DNA of 32,000 bases from Acidihalobacter ferrooxydans (GTDB taxonomy: Bacteria > Pseudomonadota > Gammaproteobacteria > DSM-5130 > Acidihalobacteraceae). Below the pieces are notes generated by a model. The model searched no databases. It was not told the DNA's origin and was given only the letters and a program-made list of their open reading frames with translations. The stretch is taken from NCBI RefSeq assembly GCF_001975725.1, contig NZ_CP019434.1, positions 2,970,792 through 3,002,791 on the forward strand, read 5' to 3'. Shown piece by piece: positions 1 to 16,238 of the stretch (within the stretch, counting starts at the first letter, position 1; the number at the start of each line of letters is the position of its first letter). The translations under genes and the position numbers were made by a program.

Positions 1-449
1 GCGCGAATCTCTGCAGCCACCTGACCGACTTTCTGCAGATCTATGCCTTTCACAAGCACTTCTGTTTGAGTCGGAGTCTCGATCGTAATTCCCTCTGGAA
101 CCGAATATTCGATGGGGTGCGAAAACCCTAGGCTTAGATTCAGCATCTTACCCTGCGCCTGAGCGCGGTAACCGACGCCGACTAACTCCAGTTTTTTCTC
201 ATACCCGCTACTGACGCCAGTAAGAAGATTTTGGGTCAGGGAACGCATCGTGCCCACCAAAGCCACGCTGTCAGCGGACGCGTCGCGGGGTGCGAATATC
301 AGCGAACCCTCCGCCTCACTCACAATCACGTCAGCATGCAAAACCTGCACACCTTCTCCTTTCGGACCGCGAGCTTTGATGGTGTCGCCCACGACCTCAA
401 CCGTGACACCGCTGGGGATCTGAACCGGTTTTTTTGCAATTCTCGACAT
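1..449 (-). CDS. rplF: 50S ribosomal protein L6; C-terminal part cut off by the window edge
   Basis: Absent from the ORF track because no stop lies in the window. The reverse complement of 421-449 reads ATGTCGAGAATTGCAAAAAAACCGGTTCA, giving MSRIAKKPVQ then IPSGVTV, the conserved L6 N-terminus. The frame is open to position 1 and lies directly downstream of rpsH, as in spc operons. Confidence 0.9.
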   Translation of the reverse strand, partial: MSRIAKKPVQIPSGVTVEVVGDTIKARGPKGEGVQVLHADVIVSEAEGSLIFAPRDASADSVALVGTMRSLTQNLLTGVSSGYEKKLELVGVGYRAQAQGKMLNLSLGFSHPIEYSVPEGITIETPTQTEVLVKGIDLQKVGQVAAEIR

Positions 450-460
450 ACCCGCCCCCG

Positions 461-853
461 TTAGGCCACAACGCAAATGACTTCGCCACCTTGATTGGCA
501 GCACGCGCAGCACGGTCACTCATCACACCCAAAGACGTAGACACAATCGCCACACCCAGGCCGTTCATCACTCGTGGCAGTTCATCCTGCGCCTTGTAAA
601 TACGCAAGCCCGGGCGACTGACACGATCCAGTCGCTCGATAACACCCTTACCCTGGTAATAACGCAGAGTCACCGTCATCAATGGCTTTGCATCATCACT
701 AACCGCGTAGCCATCGATATAACCTTCGTCTTTCAACACCGCCGCAACAGCTTGCTTCAGCTTGGAAGCCGGCATCGTTACCTGGGCCTTGTGCGCCTGC
801 TGCCCGTTACGAATGCGAGTCAGCATATCCGCGATTGGATCGGTCATACTCAT
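461..853 (-). CDS. rpsH: 30S ribosomal protein S8
   Basis: 130-aa ORF starting [18 protein letters not shown], the canonical S8 N-terminus. Operon position is between S14 and L6. Confidence 0.97.
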   Translation of the reverse strand: MSMTDPIADMLTRIRNGQQAHKAQVTMPASKLKQAVAAVLKDEGYIDGYAVSDDAKPLMTVTLRYYQGKGVIERLDRVSRPGLRIYKAQDELPRVMNGLGVAIVSTSLGVMSDRAARAANQGGEVICVVA

Positions 854-865
854 TCAAATATCCTC

Positions 866-1171
866 TTACCAGCTCGCCTTTCTGAGGCCAGGCACATCTC
901 CACGCATAGTCGCTTCACGCAGCTTATTACGACTAAGGCCGAACTTGCGATAATAACCATGTGGACGCCCGGTCAAGCGGCAACGATTCTGCTGTCGAAC
1001 TGCACTGGCATCACGCGGCAGCTTCTGTAGCGCAACAACTGCCCGCATGCGCTCTTCAGGATCAGTTTCGGGATTGCTGATCAGCGCCTTCAGTGCGCTG
1101 CGCTTCTGTGCGTATCGGGCCACAAGTTTAGCCCGCTTGCGCTCGCGTTCGATCATTGAAGTCTTTGCCAT
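866..1171 (-). CDS. rpsN: 30S ribosomal protein S14
   Basis: 101-aa ORF from [17 protein letters not shown] to [12 protein letters not shown], the typical long-form S14. It lies between L5 and S8. Confidence 0.97.
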   Translation of the reverse strand: MAKTSMIERERKRAKLVARYAQKRSALKALISNPETDPEERMRAVVALQKLPRDASAVRQQNRCRLTGRPHGYYRKFGLSRNKLREATMRGDVPGLRKASW

Positions 1172-1185
1172 ATCCGTCTCTCGCC

Positions 1186-1725
1186 TTAAGTCCGGAAGGG
1201 AAAATTGAAAGCCGTAAGCAGTTCACGCGCTTCCTCATCGGTGCGCGCGGACGTGGTGACGACAATATCCATACCACGCAATGCGTCGATCTTGTCGTAG
1301 TCTACTTCCGGGAAAATAATCTGCTCTTTCACGCCCATACTGAAATTACCACGGCCGTCGAATGATTTCGGATTGACACCGCGAAAGTCACGAACACGAG
1401 GCAACGCCACATTCACCAGACGATCAAGGAACTCATACATCCGGTCCTTGCGCAAGGTAACCTTGGCGCCGATCGGCCAACCATCGCGAATTTTGAAACC
1501 CGCAATGGATTTACGCGCGTAAGTTGCCACACCACGCTGACCGGCGATCAATAACAGATCATTGAGCGCATGATCGACGATTTTTTTGTCGGAGACTGCT
1601 TCACCGATACCCATATTGATCGTGATTTTCTCGATCTTTGGCACCTGCATGACACTGCGGTATTGAAAACGCTCCATCAATTGCGGAACGATTTTCTCCC
1701 GATACATTTCCTTTAGCCTGGCCAT
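1186..1725 (-). CDS. rplE: 50S ribosomal protein L5
   Basis: The ORF track starts at 1731 (MAMARLKE). The L5 consensus begins MARLKE, and AAGG in TAAGGTA sits 8 nt before the ATG at 1725 but only 2 nt before the ATG at 1731. A start at 1731 remains possible. Confidence 0.94.
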   Translation of the reverse strand: MARLKEMYREKIVPQLMERFQYRSVMQVPKIEKITINMGIGEAVSDKKIVDHALNDLLLIAGQRGVATYARKSIAGFKIRDGWPIGAKVTLRKDRMYEFLDRLVNVALPRVRDFRGVNPKSFDGRGNFSMGVKEQIIFPEVDYDKIDALRGMDIVVTTSARTDEEARELLTAFNFPFRT

Positions 1726-1735
1726 CGCCATTACC

Positions 1736-2053
1736 TTACGCGTCTACCACTTCGTTGTTCGACTTGAAGAAACGGACCTTGCGGTCGTCTTCCAGCACCC
1801 GATACCCAACACGATCGCCCTTACCTGTAGCCGGGTTATAGAGCATCACATTAGAGGCTTGAATCGGCGCTTCACGCTCGATAATGCCGCCCTGCTCGCC
1901 TGCCTGGGGATTCCCGCGTTGGTGTTTTTTCACCATGTTGATGTTCTGAACAAGGAGCTTGCCGTTACTCAGCACACGAAGTACGGTTCCGCGGCGTCCT
2001 TTGTCCTTACCTGCGATGACAACGACATCATCGCCTTTGCGAATTCTTTGCAT
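1736..2053 (-). CDS. rplX: 50S ribosomal protein L24
   Basis: 105-aa ORF starting [24 protein letters not shown], which is the L24 KOW motif. Confidence 0.97.
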   Translation of the reverse strand: MQRIRKGDDVVVIAGKDKGRRGTVLRVLSNGKLLVQNINMVKKHQRGNPQAGEQGGIIEREAPIQASNVMLYNPATGKGDRVGYRVLEDDRKVRFFKSNNEVVDA

Positions 2054-2069
2054 GATACTGCCTCCGCAC

Positions 2070-2438
2070 TCAGAGCACTTCAGGTGCGAGCGAGATGATT
2101 TTCATGAACCGCTCTGAACGCAACTCACGCGTAACCGGCCCGAAAATGCGCGTACCGATGGGCTGCAGTTGATTATTCAGCAACACGGCGGCGTTGCCGT
2201 CGAAACGGATCGTGGAACCATCGGGACGCCGCACACCGTGCGCCGTACGCACCACAACGGCACTGTAAACATCACCTTTTTTTACCTTGCCGCGTGGTAT
2301 CGCGTCTTTGACGCTCACCTTAATGATATCGCCGACATTCGCATAGCGCCGGTGAGAGCCGCCCAGCACTTTAATGCACTGTACTCTGCGCGCACCGCTA
2401 TTGTCGGCAACATCCAATACTGTCTGCATCTGAATCAT
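2070..2438 (-). CDS. rplN: 50S ribosomal protein L14
   Basis: 122-aa ORF starting [27 protein letters not shown], a near-invariant L14 sequence. Confidence 0.98.
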   Translation of the reverse strand: MIQMQTVLDVADNSGARRVQCIKVLGGSHRRYANVGDIIKVSVKDAIPRGKVKKGDVYSAVVVRTAHGVRRPDGSTIRFDGNAAVLLNNQLQPIGTRIFGPVTRELRSERFMKIISLAPEVL

Positions 2439-2463
2439 GACTGATTTCCTAGGCTAGCGGCGC

Positions 2464-2724
2464 TTATTGGGCGCGCTCGACAATTTCAACGAGTGTCCAG
2501 GACTTCGTCTTTGACAACGGACGCGTTTCACTGATGCGTACGGTATCGCCAATATGACAGGTGTTCTGTTCATCATGAACATGGAGCTTCGTCGAACGGC
2601 GAATATATTTACCGTACACCGGATGCTTAACCAACCGTTCGATCAGCACTGTGATTGTTTTGTCCATCTTGTCGCTCACGACTCGACCGACGACCGAACG
2701 CTCGACTTTTGTTGCTTCACTCAT
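2464..2724 (-). CDS. rpsQ: 30S ribosomal protein S17
   Basis: 86-aa ORF containing [22 protein letters not shown]. Its ATG overlaps the rpmC stop in an ATGA junction. Confidence 0.97.
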   Translation of the reverse strand: MSEATKVERSVVGRVVSDKMDKTITVLIERLVKHPVYGKYIRRSTKLHVHDEQNTCHIGDTVRISETRPLSKTKSWTLVEIVERAQ

Positions 2725-2924
2725 GCCGTTTCACCCGTCCGTGACTTTTCGCTCAACACAGTCTTTACGCGCGCAATATCCTTACGCACTTTGCCAACCT
2801 GATCCGGCTTTGAGAGCTGACCAGCTCCTTTCTGCATACGGAGGTTAAACTGCGCTCGACGCAGCTCAATTAATTCGCCTTGCAACTCGGTCACACTCTT
2901 TTCACGCAGCTCTGCAACGTTCAT
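2721..2924 (-). CDS. rpmC: 50S ribosomal protein L29
   Basis: 67-aa ORF containing [28 protein letters not shown], in the L29 position between L16 and S17. Confidence 0.95.
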   Translation of the reverse strand: MNVAELREKSVTELQGELIELRRAQFNLRMQKGAGQLSKPDQVGKVRKDIARVKTVLSEKSRTGETA

Positions 2925-2925
2925 C

Positions 2926-3339
2926 TCACATCACCGTCCTGGATACGACCGTCGTTTTAATCGGCAACTTGGCTGCCGCCAAGCGAAATGCCTCACGAGC
3001 GATCTCCTCACTCACGCCTTCCATTTCATAAAGCACTTTTCCGGGCTGTATTTTGGCGACCCAGTACTCGACATTACCCTTACCCTTACCCTGTCGCACC
3101 TCTAGGGGTTTCTTGGTCACCGGAACGTCTGGAAACACTCGAATCCAGATTTTACCGCCGCGTTTGATATGACGTGTCATGGCTCGGCGTGCGGCCTCGA
3201 TCTGACGCGCCGTGATGCGTCCCCGATCCAACGCCTTGAGGCCGTATTCCCCAAAGCTGACCGCATTGCCAACCGTAGCCAGGCCACGGTTACGTCCCTT
3301 GAACTGTTTGCGGAATTTGGTTCTTTTCGGCTGCAGCAT
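2926..3339 (-). CDS. rplP: 50S ribosomal protein L16
   Basis: The ORF-track entry 2926..3378 has a 13-aa false extension. The conserved L16 start [16 protein letters not shown] corresponds to the ATG at 3339 (cat at 3337-3339). Confidence 0.95.
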   Translation of the reverse strand: MLQPKRTKFRKQFKGRNRGLATVGNAVSFGEYGLKALDRGRITARQIEAARRAMTRHIKRGGKIWIRVFPDVPVTKKPLEVRQGKGKGNVEYWVAKIQPGKVLYEMEGVSEEIAREAFRLAAAKLPIKTTVVSRTVM

Positions 3340-3349
3340 GTCTAACTCC

Positions 3350-4027
3350 TTAACCCGCCGCCTGGCGTGATTCGCCACGTGATGCGGCCGGCCCGAACAC
3401 GTCGCCCTTGTAAATCCACACTTTGATACCGATCACACCGTAAGTGGTATGCGCTTCGGCAAAACCGTAATCTATGTCGGCACGCAACGTATGCAGCGGC
3501 ACGCGTCCCTCGCGATACCACTCTGAACGCGCAATTTCTGCACCATTTAAACGGCCACCGACATTGACCTTCACACCCAACGCACCAAGGCGCATCGCAT
3601 TTCCGACAGCACGGCGCATTGCGCGACGGAACATAATGCGCTTTTCTAGCTGTTGCGCGATACCCTCGGCCACTAATTGCGCATCGGTTTCGGGTTTACG
3701 TACCTCTTCGATATTCACTTTTACGTTTTGCGGTAACAGGTGCATACGCGAGGCAATTTCACGGCGCAGGGCCTCAATGTCTTCACCTTTCTTGCCGATC
3801 ACAATGCCTGGTCGTGCCGTATGTATCGTCAATACCGCGGCGCGCGCCGGACGCTCAATCTGGATGCGGCTAACTGAGGCATGCGCCAGTTTGCGCTTGA
3901 TAAAATCGCGAACCTCGAGATCATTATTCAGCAAATCGGCATATTCACGCCCCTGCGCGTACCATTTCGACCGCCAGTCGCTGGCTATGCCAAGACGGAA
4001 ACCCGTCGGATGTACTTTTTGACCCAT
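3350..4027 (-). CDS. rpsC: 30S ribosomal protein S3
   Basis: The ORF-track entry runs to 4117. The conserved S3 N-terminus [13 protein letters not shown] starts at the ATG at 4027 (cat at 4025-4027). Confidence 0.95.
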   Translation of the reverse strand: MGQKVHPTGFRLGIASDWRSKWYAQGREYADLLNNDLEVRDFIKRKLAHASVSRIQIERPARAAVLTIHTARPGIVIGKKGEDIEALRREIASRMHLLPQNVKVNIEEVRKPETDAQLVAEGIAQQLEKRIMFRRAMRRAVGNAMRLGALGVKVNVGGRLNGAEIARSEWYREGRVPLHTLRADIDYGFAEAHTTYGVIGIKVWIYKGDVFGPAASRGESRQAAG

Positions 4028-4040
4028 TACTTCGTACTCC

Positions 4041-4373
4041 TCAACGATCGCCGACTTTAATGGTGATATGGCTAGTGCGTTTAATGATGCGATTGCCGCG
4101 GCCCTTGGCTCGTGCATGCATACGCTTCAACACCGGCGCCTCATCGACGAAAATCGTGCAAATCTTCAACTCATCAACGTCGGCACCTTCGTTGTGCTCG
4201 GCGTTCGCGATAGCAGACTCCAGTACCTTACGAATCATACCCGCAGCCTTTTTGGGGCTGAACGTCAGGACCTGAATGGCCTTTTCTACCGGCAATCCAC
4301 GCACCTGATCGGCCACAAGGCGGGCCTTTTGGGGCGAAATCCGGGCATATCTCAGCTTTGCTGCGACTTCCAT
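4041..4373 (-). CDS. rplV: 50S ribosomal protein L22
   Basis: The ORF-track entry runs to 4487. The conserved L22 start [26 protein letters not shown] corresponds to the ATG at 4373. Confidence 0.95.
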   Translation of the reverse strand: MEVAAKLRYARISPQKARLVADQVRGLPVEKAIQVLTFSPKKAAGMIRKVLESAIANAEHNEGADVDELKICTIFVDEAPVLKRMHARAKGRGNRIIKRTSHITIKVGDR

Positions 4374-4383
4374 GACAACCTCT

Positions 4384-4656
4384 TTACTTCGCCTTCTTGT
4401 TAGCCACGTGACCCTTGAAGGTACGCGTCGCCGCAAACTCACCGAGCTTATGCCCGACCATATTTTCTGAGACCAGCACCGGCACATGTTGACGCCCGTT
4501 GTGTACCGCGATCGTCAAACCGATCATCTGCGGAAGAATCATCGAGCGACGGGACCATGTCTTGATTGGGCGGCGACTGTTCGCAGCAACCGCATCATCG
4601 ACTTTCTTGATCAGATGATGGTCAACAAACGGACCTTTCTTAATTGAACGTGGCAC
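4384..4656 (-). CDS. rpsS: 30S ribosomal protein S19
   Basis: 90-aa ORF starting [15 protein letters not shown], the canonical S19 N-terminus. Confidence 0.97.
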   Translation of the reverse strand: MPRSIKKGPFVDHHLIKKVDDAVAANSRRPIKTWSRRSMILPQMIGLTIAVHNGRQHVPVLVSENMVGHKLGEFAATRTFKGHVANKKAK

Positions 4657-4667
4657 TTTGTGACCCC

Positions 4668-5492
4668 TTACTTCGAGTTCCGGCGACGGACAATATACTT
4701 GTCTGTTCGCTTGTTATTACGCGTCTTGTATCCTTTGGTAGGTACGCCCCAGGGCGTGACCGGATGCTGACCGAAATTACGTCCTTCACCACCACCATGC
4801 GGATGATCAACCGGGTTCATCGCGGTACCACGGACCGTCGGGCGCACACCGATCCAGCGCTTGGCGCCAGCCTTGCCAAACTTGCGCAAGTTATGTTCGG
4901 AATTACCTACTTCACCAATCGTTGCACGACACTCAATCGATACCTTGCGCATCTCGCCGGAACGCAGACGAATCGTGGCATACGTACCTTCGCGCGCGAC
5001 AACCTGAACCGATGCGCCAGCCGACCGTGCCAGCTGCGCGCCCTTACCAGGCTTAAGCTCTACACAATGAACAGTGCTACCCACCGGGATCGATCGCAGC
5101 GGCAATGCGTTACCCGTCTTGATCGGCGCTCCTGCGCCCGATAACACAGCATCACCCGCCCGCACACCCTTCGGAGCGATGACGTAACGCCGCTCGCCGT
5201 CACGGTACAGGATCAAAGCAATATTGGCACTGCGATTCGGGTCATACTCAAGACGCTCGACGCGGCCCGGAATACCATCCTTGTCACGCTTGAAATCAAT
5301 CACGCGATACAGCTGCTTATGACCCCCGCCTTGATGGCGTTGCGTCACGCGACCCTGATTATTACGACCGCCAGTCTTCGACTTCTTCGCCACCAGAGCC
5401 GCATGCGGGGAACCTTTGTACAGATCCTCACGCGTCACACGCACCTGAAAACGACGACCCGCCGAGGTTGGCTTTGCCTTAACGATTGCCAT
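4668..5492 (-). CDS. rplB: 50S ribosomal protein L2
   Basis: 274-aa ORF containing [14 protein letters not shown] and [14 protein letters not shown], both L2 hallmarks. Confidence 0.98.
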   Translation of the reverse strand: MAIVKAKPTSAGRRFQVRVTREDLYKGSPHAALVAKKSKTGGRNNQGRVTQRHQGGGHKQLYRVIDFKRDKDGIPGRVERLEYDPNRSANIALILYRDGERRYVIAPKGVRAGDAVLSGAGAPIKTGNALPLRSIPVGSTVHCVELKPGKGAQLARSAGASVQVVAREGTYATIRLRSGEMRKVSIECRATIGEVGNSEHNLRKFGKAGAKRWIGVRPTVRGTAMNPVDHPHGGGEGRNFGQHPVTPWGVPTKGYKTRNNKRTDKYIVRRRNSK

Positions 5493-5509
5493 GTCTCGCT
5501 AACCCCTCG

Positions 5510-5803
5510 TCACTCGACGTCTAATTCAATGTCCTGGCCTGCGGCCAGAGTCACGTATGCTTTGCGCCAATCATTACGGCGACCGGGACGGCGACCGAAT
5601 GTCTTGCGCTTGCCGGGAACGTTGACTACGCGCACACCAGCCACCTTGACCTCGAACATCAGCTCGACGGCCTTCTTGATTTCAAGCTTTGTCGCATCCG
5701 GCAAAACCTTGAAAACGTGCTGTGTCGCGGCTTCGGCAAGTCCTGCTGACTTTTCGGACACATGCGGTGCAACCAACACCTGCATCAAACGATCCTGAGT
5801 CAT
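5510..5803 (-). CDS. rplW: 50S ribosomal protein L23
   Basis: The ORF track starts at the GTG at 5812. The ATG at 5803 ([19 protein letters not shown]) matches the L23 N-terminus and overlaps the rplD stop in an ATGA junction. Confidence 0.93.
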   Translation of the reverse strand: MTQDRLMQVLVAPHVSEKSAGLAEAATQHVFKVLPDATKLEIKKAVELMFEVKVAGVRVVNVPGKRKTFGRRPGRRNDWRKAYVTLAAGQDIELDVE

Positions 5804-6405
5804 GCCAACCACTCCTCAATCTGTTTCAGCGCAGCCACAGTCACAACCACGCGCTCATATCCAACCAGTCGTACCGGATCCAAACCCGCAACATCTGTGA
5901 CTTCGACATGCGGCACATTGCGCGCACCTAGCCAAAGTGCTTCATCAGGTTGGTCAATCACGATCAACGCATTACGCTCACTGACCACGCCATCGAGTAC
6001 CGCGAGAAAGCTCTTCGTTTTCGGGGCATCCAGACTAAAGGCTTCAACCGCGACCAATCGATCCTGGCGTACCAGTTCGGAAAAAATTGAACGCATCGCA
6101 GCGCGATACATCTTCTTGTTGAGTTTCTGCGCATAGCTGCGTGGCTTTGCAGCAAAAGCGCGACCACCGCCAACCCAGATCGGGCTGCGGATGCTGCCTG
6201 CACGCGCACGACCGGTACCCTTCTGACGCCAGGGCTTGATCCCGCCGCCGCGAACTTCAGCGCGAGATTTCTGCGCCTTGGTACCGGAGCGTCCGCCCGC
6301 CATATAAGCGACAATCGCCTGATGAACCAACGACTCATTGAAGTCGCGATCAAACAGGCCGTCGGCCAAGCTGATCGCATTACCGCCCTGAACCTGAAAC
6401 TCCAT
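5800..6405 (-). CDS. rplD: 50S ribosomal protein L4
   Basis: The ORF-track entry runs to 6447. The L4-like start MEFQVQGG is at the ATG at 6405, and the body contains [19 protein letters not shown]. Confidence 0.95.
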   Translation of the reverse strand: MEFQVQGGNAISLADGLFDRDFNESLVHQAIVAYMAGGRSGTKAQKSRAEVRGGGIKPWRQKGTGRARAGSIRSPIWVGGGRAFAAKPRSYAQKLNKKMYRAAMRSIFSELVRQDRLVAVEAFSLDAPKTKSFLAVLDGVVSERNALIVIDQPDEALWLGARNVPHVEVTDVAGLDPVRLVGYERVVVTVAALKQIEEWLA

Positions 6406-6409
6406 AACC

Positions 6410-7054
6410 TCAACCCTTCTGCTTAACTGCAGGGCGCACGATGACATCGCCGCCAGCCGCGCCAGGAATCGCGCCCTTGACCAGTATCAGGCTGCGCTCA
6501 GCGTCGACACGCACCACTTCGAGATTCTGCGTAGTCACGCGGACGTTACCCATATGTCCCGACATTTTCTTGCCCTTGAACACACGACCTGGGGTCTGGT
6601 TCTGACCGATCGAGCCTGGCACACGATGCGAGAGCGAATTACCGTGCGTGCGGTCTTGTCCACGGAAATGATGGCGCTTGATCGTGCCAGCAAAGCCCTT
6701 GCCCTTGCTCACGCCGGCAACATCCACCATCTGGCCTGCCGCAAAACGCTCGACCGTAATCTGCGCGCCCACCTCAATACCTTCGAGCTCGTCAGCACTG
6801 ACCCGCGACTCCCACAGACCGCGCCCCGCCTCGACATTCGCCTTTGCGAAATGCCCGGCCGCAGGCTTGTTCACACGGGAAGCCTTACGCACACCCGCGG
6901 TGACCTGCATTCCAAAATAGCCATCGATCTCGGGCACTTTGACCTGTGTCACGCGATTCGGCTCGGCCTGAATCACGGTCACCGGCACAGACACCCCATC
7001 CTCGGTAAAGACGCGGCTCATGCCTAATTTGCGCCCGACCAATCCGATTGACAT
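6410..7054 (-). CDS. rplC: 50S ribosomal protein L3
   Basis: The ORF-track entry runs to 7138. The conserved L3 start [20 protein letters not shown] is at the ATG at 7054, with GAGG 8 nt upstream. Confidence 0.95.
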   Translation of the reverse strand: MSIGLVGRKLGMSRVFTEDGVSVPVTVIQAEPNRVTQVKVPEIDGYFGMQVTAGVRKASRVNKPAAGHFAKANVEAGRGLWESRVSADELEGIEVGAQITVERFAAGQMVDVAGVSKGKGFAGTIKRHHFRGQDRTHGNSLSHRVPGSIGQNQTPGRVFKGKKMSGHMGNVRVTTQNLEVVRVDAERSLILVKGAIPGAAGGDVIVRPAVKQKG

Positions 7055-7171
7055 CACGCTACCTCTATATCCTGTTGCAGCCGGACACGGAGTCCGTTTA
7101 ATCACATGGCCCGACAGCAATGTTTCCTGTCGGGCCATGAAGAGCCGCGCATTATGACAGATTAACCAGCT

Positions 7172-7486
7172 TTAGTTAAGCCTTATTTGCACATCTACGC
7201 CAGCGGCAAGATCCAACTTCATCAAGGCGTCAACGGTCTTGTCGGTTGGGTCGAGAATATCCATCAGACGCTTGTGCGTGCGCAATTCATACTGATCACG
7301 CGCATCCTTATTGACGTGTGGCGAAATCAGCACGGTATAGCGTTCTTTACGCGTGGGCAGCGGAATCGGCCCCTTCACTCGCGCACCGGTACGCTTGGCA
7401 GTTTCAACAATTTCACTGGCCGAACGATCAATCAGTCGGTGATCAAAGGCTTTGAGGCGGATCCGGATTCTTTGACTGGCTGGCAT
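7172..7486 (-). CDS. rpsJ: 30S ribosomal protein S10
   Basis: The ORF-track entry runs to 7525. The start [20 protein letters not shown] is at the ATG at 7486, with GGAG (7496-7499) 9 nt upstream. Confidence 0.95.
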   Translation of the reverse strand: MPASQRIRIRLKAFDHRLIDRSASEIVETAKRTGARVKGPIPLPTRKERYTVLISPHVNKDARDQYELRTHKRLMDILDPTDKTVDALMKLDLAAGVDVQIRLN

Positions 7487-7499
7487 TGCTAAATACTCC

Positions 7500-7523
7500 A
7501 AAATTGGGGCGCCGCGGCGCCCC
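7500..7523 (-). terminator. Terminator/attenuator-like hairpin between tufA and rpsJ
   Basis: 7506-7523 is an 18-nt perfect palindrome, GGGGCGCCGCGGCGCCCC. On the minus strand it is followed by AATTTT and then immediately by the rpsJ GGAG. Confidence 0.45.
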
Positions 7524-7549
7524 ATAATTCTTCACCCGTTACCGGCTCA

Positions 7550-8740
<1,191 letters not shown>

Positions 8741-8794
8741 GACTGTTATTCCTCTTGAAATTTCGTTTAATGACTATGGTTCACTAGAGACGCA

Positions 8795-10894
8795 TCAAGA
8801 TGTTTTCTTGATCACCGCCTCGGCGACACTGTTGGGCGCCTCGGCATATTTCTCAAATTCCATCGAATAGGTCGCACGGCCCTGGGTCGCGGAGCGCAAT
8901 GACGTCGCATACCCGAACATCTCAGCCAGCGGCACCTCGGCACGTATTACCTTGCCGGCAACCGCGTCGTCCATACCCTGGACCAAACCGCGGCGTCGAT
9001 TCAGATCACCCATGACGTCGCCCATGTACTCTTCGGGCGTTACCACCTCGACCTTCATGATCGGTTCGAGCAGTGCTGGAGACGCCTTCAACGCACCTTC
9101 TCTGAAGCCCATCGAACCGGCGATCTTAAACGCCATTTCCGATGAATCGACATCATGATACGAACCGTCGTACAGCGTTACCTTGACGTCCACCACCGGA
9201 TAGCCAGCGATCACGCCGTTCTGCATCTGCTCCTGCACGCCCTTATCGACTGCCGGAATGTATTCGCGCGGCACCACACCGCCGACGATGGCGTTTTCGA
9301 ATTCATAGCCGGCACCAGGCTCACGCGGCTCGATGCGCAACCGCACATGACCATACTGACCGCGGCCACCGGACTGGCGCACGAATTTGCCTTCCTGCTC
9401 GACAGTCTTGCGGATTGTCTCGCGATAGGCGACCTGCGGAGCGCCCACATTGGCTTCAACCTTGAACTCACGCTTCATGCGATCGACGATGATCTCCAGG
9501 TGCAGCTCGCCCATACCGGAGATGATCGTCTGCCCCGACTCCTCGTCGGTGCGAACCCGGAAAGACGGATCCTCCTGCGCCAACTTAGACAGCGCGATAC
9601 CCATTTTTTCCTGGTCACTCTTGGTCTTGGGCTCTACCGCAACCGAAATAACGGGCTCCGGGAACTCCATACGCTCCAATGTGATGATATTGCTGCCGTC
9701 GCAAAGCGTATCGCCGGTTGTCACGTCCTTGAGGCCCACCGCTGCAGCGATATCACCCGCACGAACTTCCTTGATTTCCTCGCGCGAATTGGCGTGCATC
9801 TGAAGAATTCGACCGACGCGCTCTTTCTTGCTCTTGACCGGGTTGTAAACACTGTCCCCGGAATTCAGCACACCTGAATAGACCCGGAAAAAAGTCAGCG
9901 AACCGACGAAGGGATCCGTGGCAATCTTGAACGCCAGCGCCGAGAAGGGCTCATCGTCGCTGGAATGACGAACCGCTTCGGTTTCCGCCGCATCATCCAA
10001 ATGCCCGCGAATCGGCGGCACATCGGTTGGCCCCGGCATGTAGTGGATAATTGCGTCGAGCATCGCCTGGACGCCCTTGTTCTTAAAGGCGGAGCCACAC
10101 AGCGCCGGGACGATTTCGTTGGCCAGCGTGCGCATACGCAGCCCACTGCGGATTTCCTCTTCAGACAGATCACCGCCTTCGAGGTATTTCTCCATCAGCT
10201 CTTCGGTCGCCTCGGCCGCCGCCTCGACCATGTTTTCGCGCCATTTGTTGCACAGGTCAACCATATCCGCCGGAATATCCTTGGCGTCATAGGTCATGCC
10301 CATGTCTGTTTCGTTCCAGTAGATCGCCTGCATGCGAATCAGATCTACGACGCCCTGAAAGTCCTCTTCAGCCCCGATCGGCAACTGTACCGGCACCGGA
10401 TTTGCGCCCAAGCGCGCCTTGATCTGCCCCACGACTTTCAGGAAATCCGCGCCGGACCGATCCATCTTGTTGACGAAGGCCATCCGCGGAACATGATATT
10501 TGTTGGCTTGGCGCCATACCGTTTCAGACTGAGGTTCTACACCACCCACCGCGCAGAACACCGCGCACGCGCCGTCGAGCACGCGCAGAGACCGTTCGAC
10601 CTCGATTGTGAAATCGACGTGTCCGGGTGTATCGATGATATTGATGCGGTGCTGTGGAAACTGGCGATCCATGCCTTCCCAAAAGCACGTCGTGGCCGCA
10701 GAAGTGATCGTGATACCACGCTCCTGCTCCTGCTCCATCCAGTCCATGGTGGCCGCGCCTTCATGAACCTCACCAATTTTATGTGAGACACCGGTGTAGA
10801 ACAGGATGCGCTCGGTCGTCGTCGTCTTACCGGCATCAATGTGCGCCATGATGCCAATATTGCGATACCGATCGATTGGAGTCTTACGTGCCAC
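8795..10894 (-). CDS. fusA: Elongation factor G
   Basis: 699-aa ORF with the [19 protein letters not shown] and [21 protein letters not shown] motifs, in the classical position between rpsG and tufA. Confidence 0.98.
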   Translation of the reverse strand: MARKTPIDRYRNIGIMAHIDAGKTTTTERILFYTGVSHKIGEVHEGAATMDWMEQEQERGITITSAATTCFWEGMDRQFPQHRINIIDTPGHVDFTIEVERSLRVLDGACAVFCAVGGVEPQSETVWRQANKYHVPRMAFVNKMDRSGADFLKVVGQIKARLGANPVPVQLPIGAEEDFQGVVDLIRMQAIYWNETDMGMTYDAKDIPADMVDLCNKWRENMVEAAAEATEELMEKYLEGGDLSEEEIRSGLRMRTLANEIVPALCGSAFKNKGVQAMLDAIIHYMPGPTDVPPIRGHLDDAAETEAVRHSSDDEPFSALAFKIATDPFVGSLTFFRVYSGVLNSGDSVYNPVKSKKERVGRILQMHANSREEIKEVRAGDIAAAVGLKDVTTGDTLCDGSNIITLERMEFPEPVISVAVEPKTKSDQEKMGIALSKLAQEDPSFRVRTDEESGQTIISGMGELHLEIIVDRMKREFKVEANVGAPQVAYRETIRKTVEQEGKFVRQSGGRGQYGHVRLRIEPREPGAGYEFENAIVGGVVPREYIPAVDKGVQEQMQNGVIAGYPVVDVKVTLYDGSYHDVDSSEMAFKIAGSMGFREGALKASPALLEPIMKVEVVTPEEYMGDVMGDLNRRRGLVQGMDDAVAGKVIRAEVPLAEMFGYATSLRSATQGRATYSMEFEKYAEAPNSVAEAVIKKTS

Positions 10895-10911
10895 GTTCTA
10901 ATCCTCTGCTG

Positions 10912-11385
10912 TTACCAGCGATAATGAGAGAAAGCCTTATTGGCCTCTGCCATGCGATGCGTATCCTCACGCTTCTTGACTGCGCCACCTTTGCTTTCGG
11001 AGGCATCCATCAACTCGCCGGCAAGTTTTTGCGCCATCGATTTTTCGCCGCGCTTGCGCGCCGAATCAACCAGCCAGCGCATAGCCAGCGCTCCCTGACG
11101 CACAGAACGCACCTCAATCGGCACCTGATACGTCGCACCACCGACACGACGCGACTTGACCTCGACCATCGGGCGAACGTTATCCAATGCGGCACCAAGC
11201 ACCTCAAGCGGGTCAACCCCGGATTTGCGCTTGGCGATATGATCCAGAGCACCATATACGATGCGCTCGGCAACCGATTTCTTGCCGCTTTCCATCACGA
11301 AATTGATGAACTTGGCCAACTGTTCGCTACCGAACTTCGGATCAGGCAGGATGTGACGTTTTGGAACTTCTCTTCTTCTAGGCAT
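10912..11385 (-). CDS. rpsG: 30S ribosomal protein S7
   Basis: 157-aa ORF from [20 protein letters not shown] to AFSHYRW, canonical S7. Confidence 0.97.
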   Translation of the reverse strand: MPRRREVPKRHILPDPKFGSEQLAKFINFVMESGKKSVAERIVYGALDHIAKRKSGVDPLEVLGAALDNVRPMVEVKSRRVGGATYQVPIEVRSVRQGALAMRWLVDSARKRGEKSMAQKLAGELMDASESKGGAVKKREDTHRMAEANKAFSHYRW

Positions 11386-11418
11386 GGCGTTTCTCTGGAT
11401 ACTGAGCGATGAAGCGAA

Positions 11419-11793
11419 TCAGCTCTTCGGCCGCTTCGCACCGTACTTGGAACGGGCCTGCCGGCGCTTCTGCACACCCTGAGTGTCCAGACTGCCGCGC
11501 ACGACGTGATAGCGCACGCCGGGCAGATCTTTTACGCGACCGCCGCGAATCAGCACCACCGAGTGCTCTTGCAGGTTGTGACCCTCACCGCCGATGTAGC
11601 CGCTTACTTCATGACCATTGGTCAGGCGCACACGCGCAACTTTGCGCATTGCGGAGTTCGGTTTTTTCGGCGTGGTGGTGTACACGCGCGTGCAGACACC
11701 CCGGCGCTGCGGACAGGCCTCCAACGCAGGTACGTTGCTTTTTTCCTGTCTCTGCTTGCGCGGCTTGCGCACCAACTGGTTGATTGTTGCCAT
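11419..11793 (-). CDS. rpsL: 30S ribosomal protein S12
   Basis: The ORF-track entry runs to 11838. The conserved start [13 protein letters not shown] is at the ATG at 11793, with a GGAGAG ribosome-binding site (11803-11808). [10 protein letters not shown] and [10 protein letters not shown] are the wild-type forms. Confidence 0.97.
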   Translation of the reverse strand: MATINQLVRKPRKQRQEKSNVPALEACPQRRGVCTRVYTTTPKKPNSAMRKVARVRLTNGHEVSGYIGGEGHNLQEHSVVLIRGGRVKDLPGVRYHVVRGSLDTQGVQKRRQARSKYGAKRPKS

Positions 11794-11815
11794 TGAGCGA
11801 TTCTCTCCAACCCTT

Positions 11816-11851
11816 AAAACAAACGACAGGCCGCGCAAATGCAGCCTGTCG
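11816..11851 (-). terminator. Intrinsic-terminator-like hairpin downstream of rpoC and upstream of rpsL
   Basis: On the minus strand the sequence is CGACAGGC-UGCAUUUGCGCG-GCCUGUCG. This is an 8-bp perfect stem (11824-11831 with 11844-11851) followed by UUUGUUUU (11816-11823). Confidence 0.6.
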
Positions 11852-11862
11852 AGGGACGCGAA

Positions 11863-11891
11863 ATTTTAGAGGCCTGCCCAGCACCTGTCAA
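11863..11891 (-). promoter_or_regulatory. Candidate sigma70 promoter of the rpsL-rpsG-fusA-tufA (str) operon
   Basis: On the minus strand TTGACA (11891-11886), a 17-nt spacer and TAAAAT (11868-11863). It lies 13 nt after the rpoC stop and about 70 nt before the rpsL ATG. Confidence 0.55.
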
Positions 11892-11903
11892 GGCGCATGG
11901 GCA

Positions 11904-16166
<4,263 letters not shown>

Positions 16167-16238
16167 AGGTACCTGCCTCGAATGATCAGTGTCATGCCCG
16201 CGGGCGGCGACTGCACGCCGCCCGCGCATTGCAACGCC

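Noticed and set aside
3340-3378. N-terminal extensions in the ORF track for rplP, rpsC, rplV, rplD, rplC, rpsJ, rpsL, rpoC, rplJ, rplK, rplA, rplW, rplE, secE and ispH.
   Set aside because: In each case the universally conserved N-terminus begins at an internal ATG or GTG with a ribosome-binding site at proper spacing, and the extension overlaps the preceding gene or spacer. I trimmed the coordinates accordingly.
5964-6413. 149-aa minus-strand ORF overlapping rplD in another frame.
   Set aside because: It is entirely nested within the well-conserved L4 gene and is an Arg/Trp/Ser-rich translation. It is an alternative-frame artefact.
11419-11793. Checked rpsL (K42/K43 and K87/K88 contexts) and rpoB rifampicin cluster I (around 18700-18800) for resistance alleles.
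   Set aside because: Both show wild-type consensus residues ([10 protein letters not shown] and [10 protein letters not shown] in rpsL; [34 protein letters not shown] in rpoB). There is nothing unusual.
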